Positions 31,478-32,000 of a stretch of DNA of 32,000 nucleotides are shown here, in pieces. Source of the DNA: Archaeoglobus fulgidus DSM 4304 (GTDB lineage: Archaea; Halobacteriota; Archaeoglobi; Archaeoglobales; Archaeoglobaceae); contig NC_000917.1 of the NCBI RefSeq assembly GCF_000008665.1, positions 1,410,001 to 1,442,000 of the forward strand, given 5' to 3'. The notes below the pieces were generated by a model, which did no database searches, was not told the origin of the DNA, and saw only the letters and a list, made by a program, of their open reading frames with translations. A program made the translations under genes and the position numbers. Each line of letters begins with the position of its first letter. Position 1 is the stretch's first letter.

Positions 31478-32000
31478 CGTTATCTTCTTGGCTGTACTTC
31501 TTCAGGTAGCCGTAGTCGGGGTCAAAAATCTGCCTGAGGGTTGTGACCTTCTCCGCCAAATCGGATCTGTATCCGAAACCAGTCGTGCCCCACATGTAAA
31601 CAGCGCTGTACCTGCCTTCCGGGTCGTAGGGAGTTGATTTGAACTTCTCGTCAAGGTGAGGGTAATTGGGAATCAGGCTCTTGTTAAGCTCCATGAGCAA
31701 TCCCTCCTTTATCGCCACGTCAAGGATGTAGTCGGGGATGATGACAACATCGTATCCGCTCTTCCCAGCCTCAAGCCTCGAAAGGACGACGTTTGGGTCG
31801 TCATATTCATCGTAAACTATGTTCTCCCTTGGAATTCCTGCGTGGGCTGCAAATTCATCGAGTAAAGCCTCATCAATGTAGTAGCTCCAGTTCCAGATTT
31901 TAAGGCTGTTCTCCGCGGCTCTGGCTTTTGGCATTCTCAGGCCTCCAAAAAGCGTCATTCCCGCCACTCCAGCAGCAAGACCGATAAAACGCCTTCTCGT
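31470..32000 (-). CDS. potD: same substrate-binding protein, N-terminal part; runs off the window end and carries a twin-arginine signal
   Basis: The frame is open to base 32000. Reading from the window edge: TRRRFIGLAAGVAGMTLFGGLRMPKARA|AENSLKIWNWSYYIDE... The track start at 31967 is an internal GTG. The true start lies beyond the window. Confidence 0.7.
   Translation of the reverse strand, partial: TRRRFIGLAAGVAGMTLFGGLRMPKARAAENSLKIWNWSYYIDEALLDEFAAHAGIPRENIVYDEYDDPNVVLSRLEAGKSGYDVVIIPDYILDVAIKEGLLMELNKSLIPNYPHLDEKFKSTPYDPEGRYSAVYMWGTTGFGYRSDLAEKVTTLRQIFDPDYGYLKKYSQEDNDA

Overview
By gene content this looks like an archaeal chromosome of an Archaeoglobus-like euryarchaeon: GGAGGTG-type Shine-Dalgarno sites, NreA, a RuBisCO-like protein, AhbA/B-type heme genes and a fused trpC-trpD. 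That assignment is inference, not a database result. The window has two parts.

(1) Bases 1 to ~10.4 kb form an all-plus-strand, visibly more A/T-rich accessory block of secreted or membrane proteins. Its core is a previously uncharacterised-looking cysteine-rich peptide locus. It holds a full-length signal-peptide precursor (1476..2516) and a 5'-truncated paralogue (3286..3909). The two share a conserved pro-region that ends abruptly after 'YNVEGY', and they carry unrelated Cys-rich hydrophobic C-termini. One C-terminus has a 10-Cys halocin-C8-like pattern; the other is an 18-Cys CxxxC ladder. Each precursor is followed by a translationally coupled membrane protein; one of these is a 59-aa ORF missing from the track. 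The overall layout resembles a polymorphic-toxin array with an orphan cassette.

Around this core lie a possible clan-CD-like peptidase, a secreted Zn-phospholipase-C-like protein that reuses the precursor's RBS and signal-peptide module, and a ~70-nt promoter/5'UTR duplicated 4.4 kb downstream in front of a second operon of anchored or secreted proteins. Decayed membrane ORFs and an IS630-type transposase remnant follow.

(2) Bases 10.4 to 32 kb are mostly housekeeping:
- scpB, a cupin, two COG1533-type radical-SAM genes and a HEPN/MNT toxin-antitoxin pair
- a minus-strand cluster of NreA (C-terminal PIP box), radical SAM, a saccharopine-dehydrogenase-like gene and a RuBisCO-like protein
- a plus-strand cluster of an RHH-PurM-like gene, precorrin-2 dehydrogenase, a frameshifted AhbA/B-type siroheme decarboxylase and a TtuA/NcsA-type thiolase
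- a compact trp operon (trpCD fusion, then E, G, F, B, A)
- a potD-like binding protein that is split by a frameshift and runs off the window end with a Tat signal

I saw no rRNA, tRNA or CRISPR array. Several conserved genes appear frameshifted, so either real gene decay or indel errors in the assembly should be considered.
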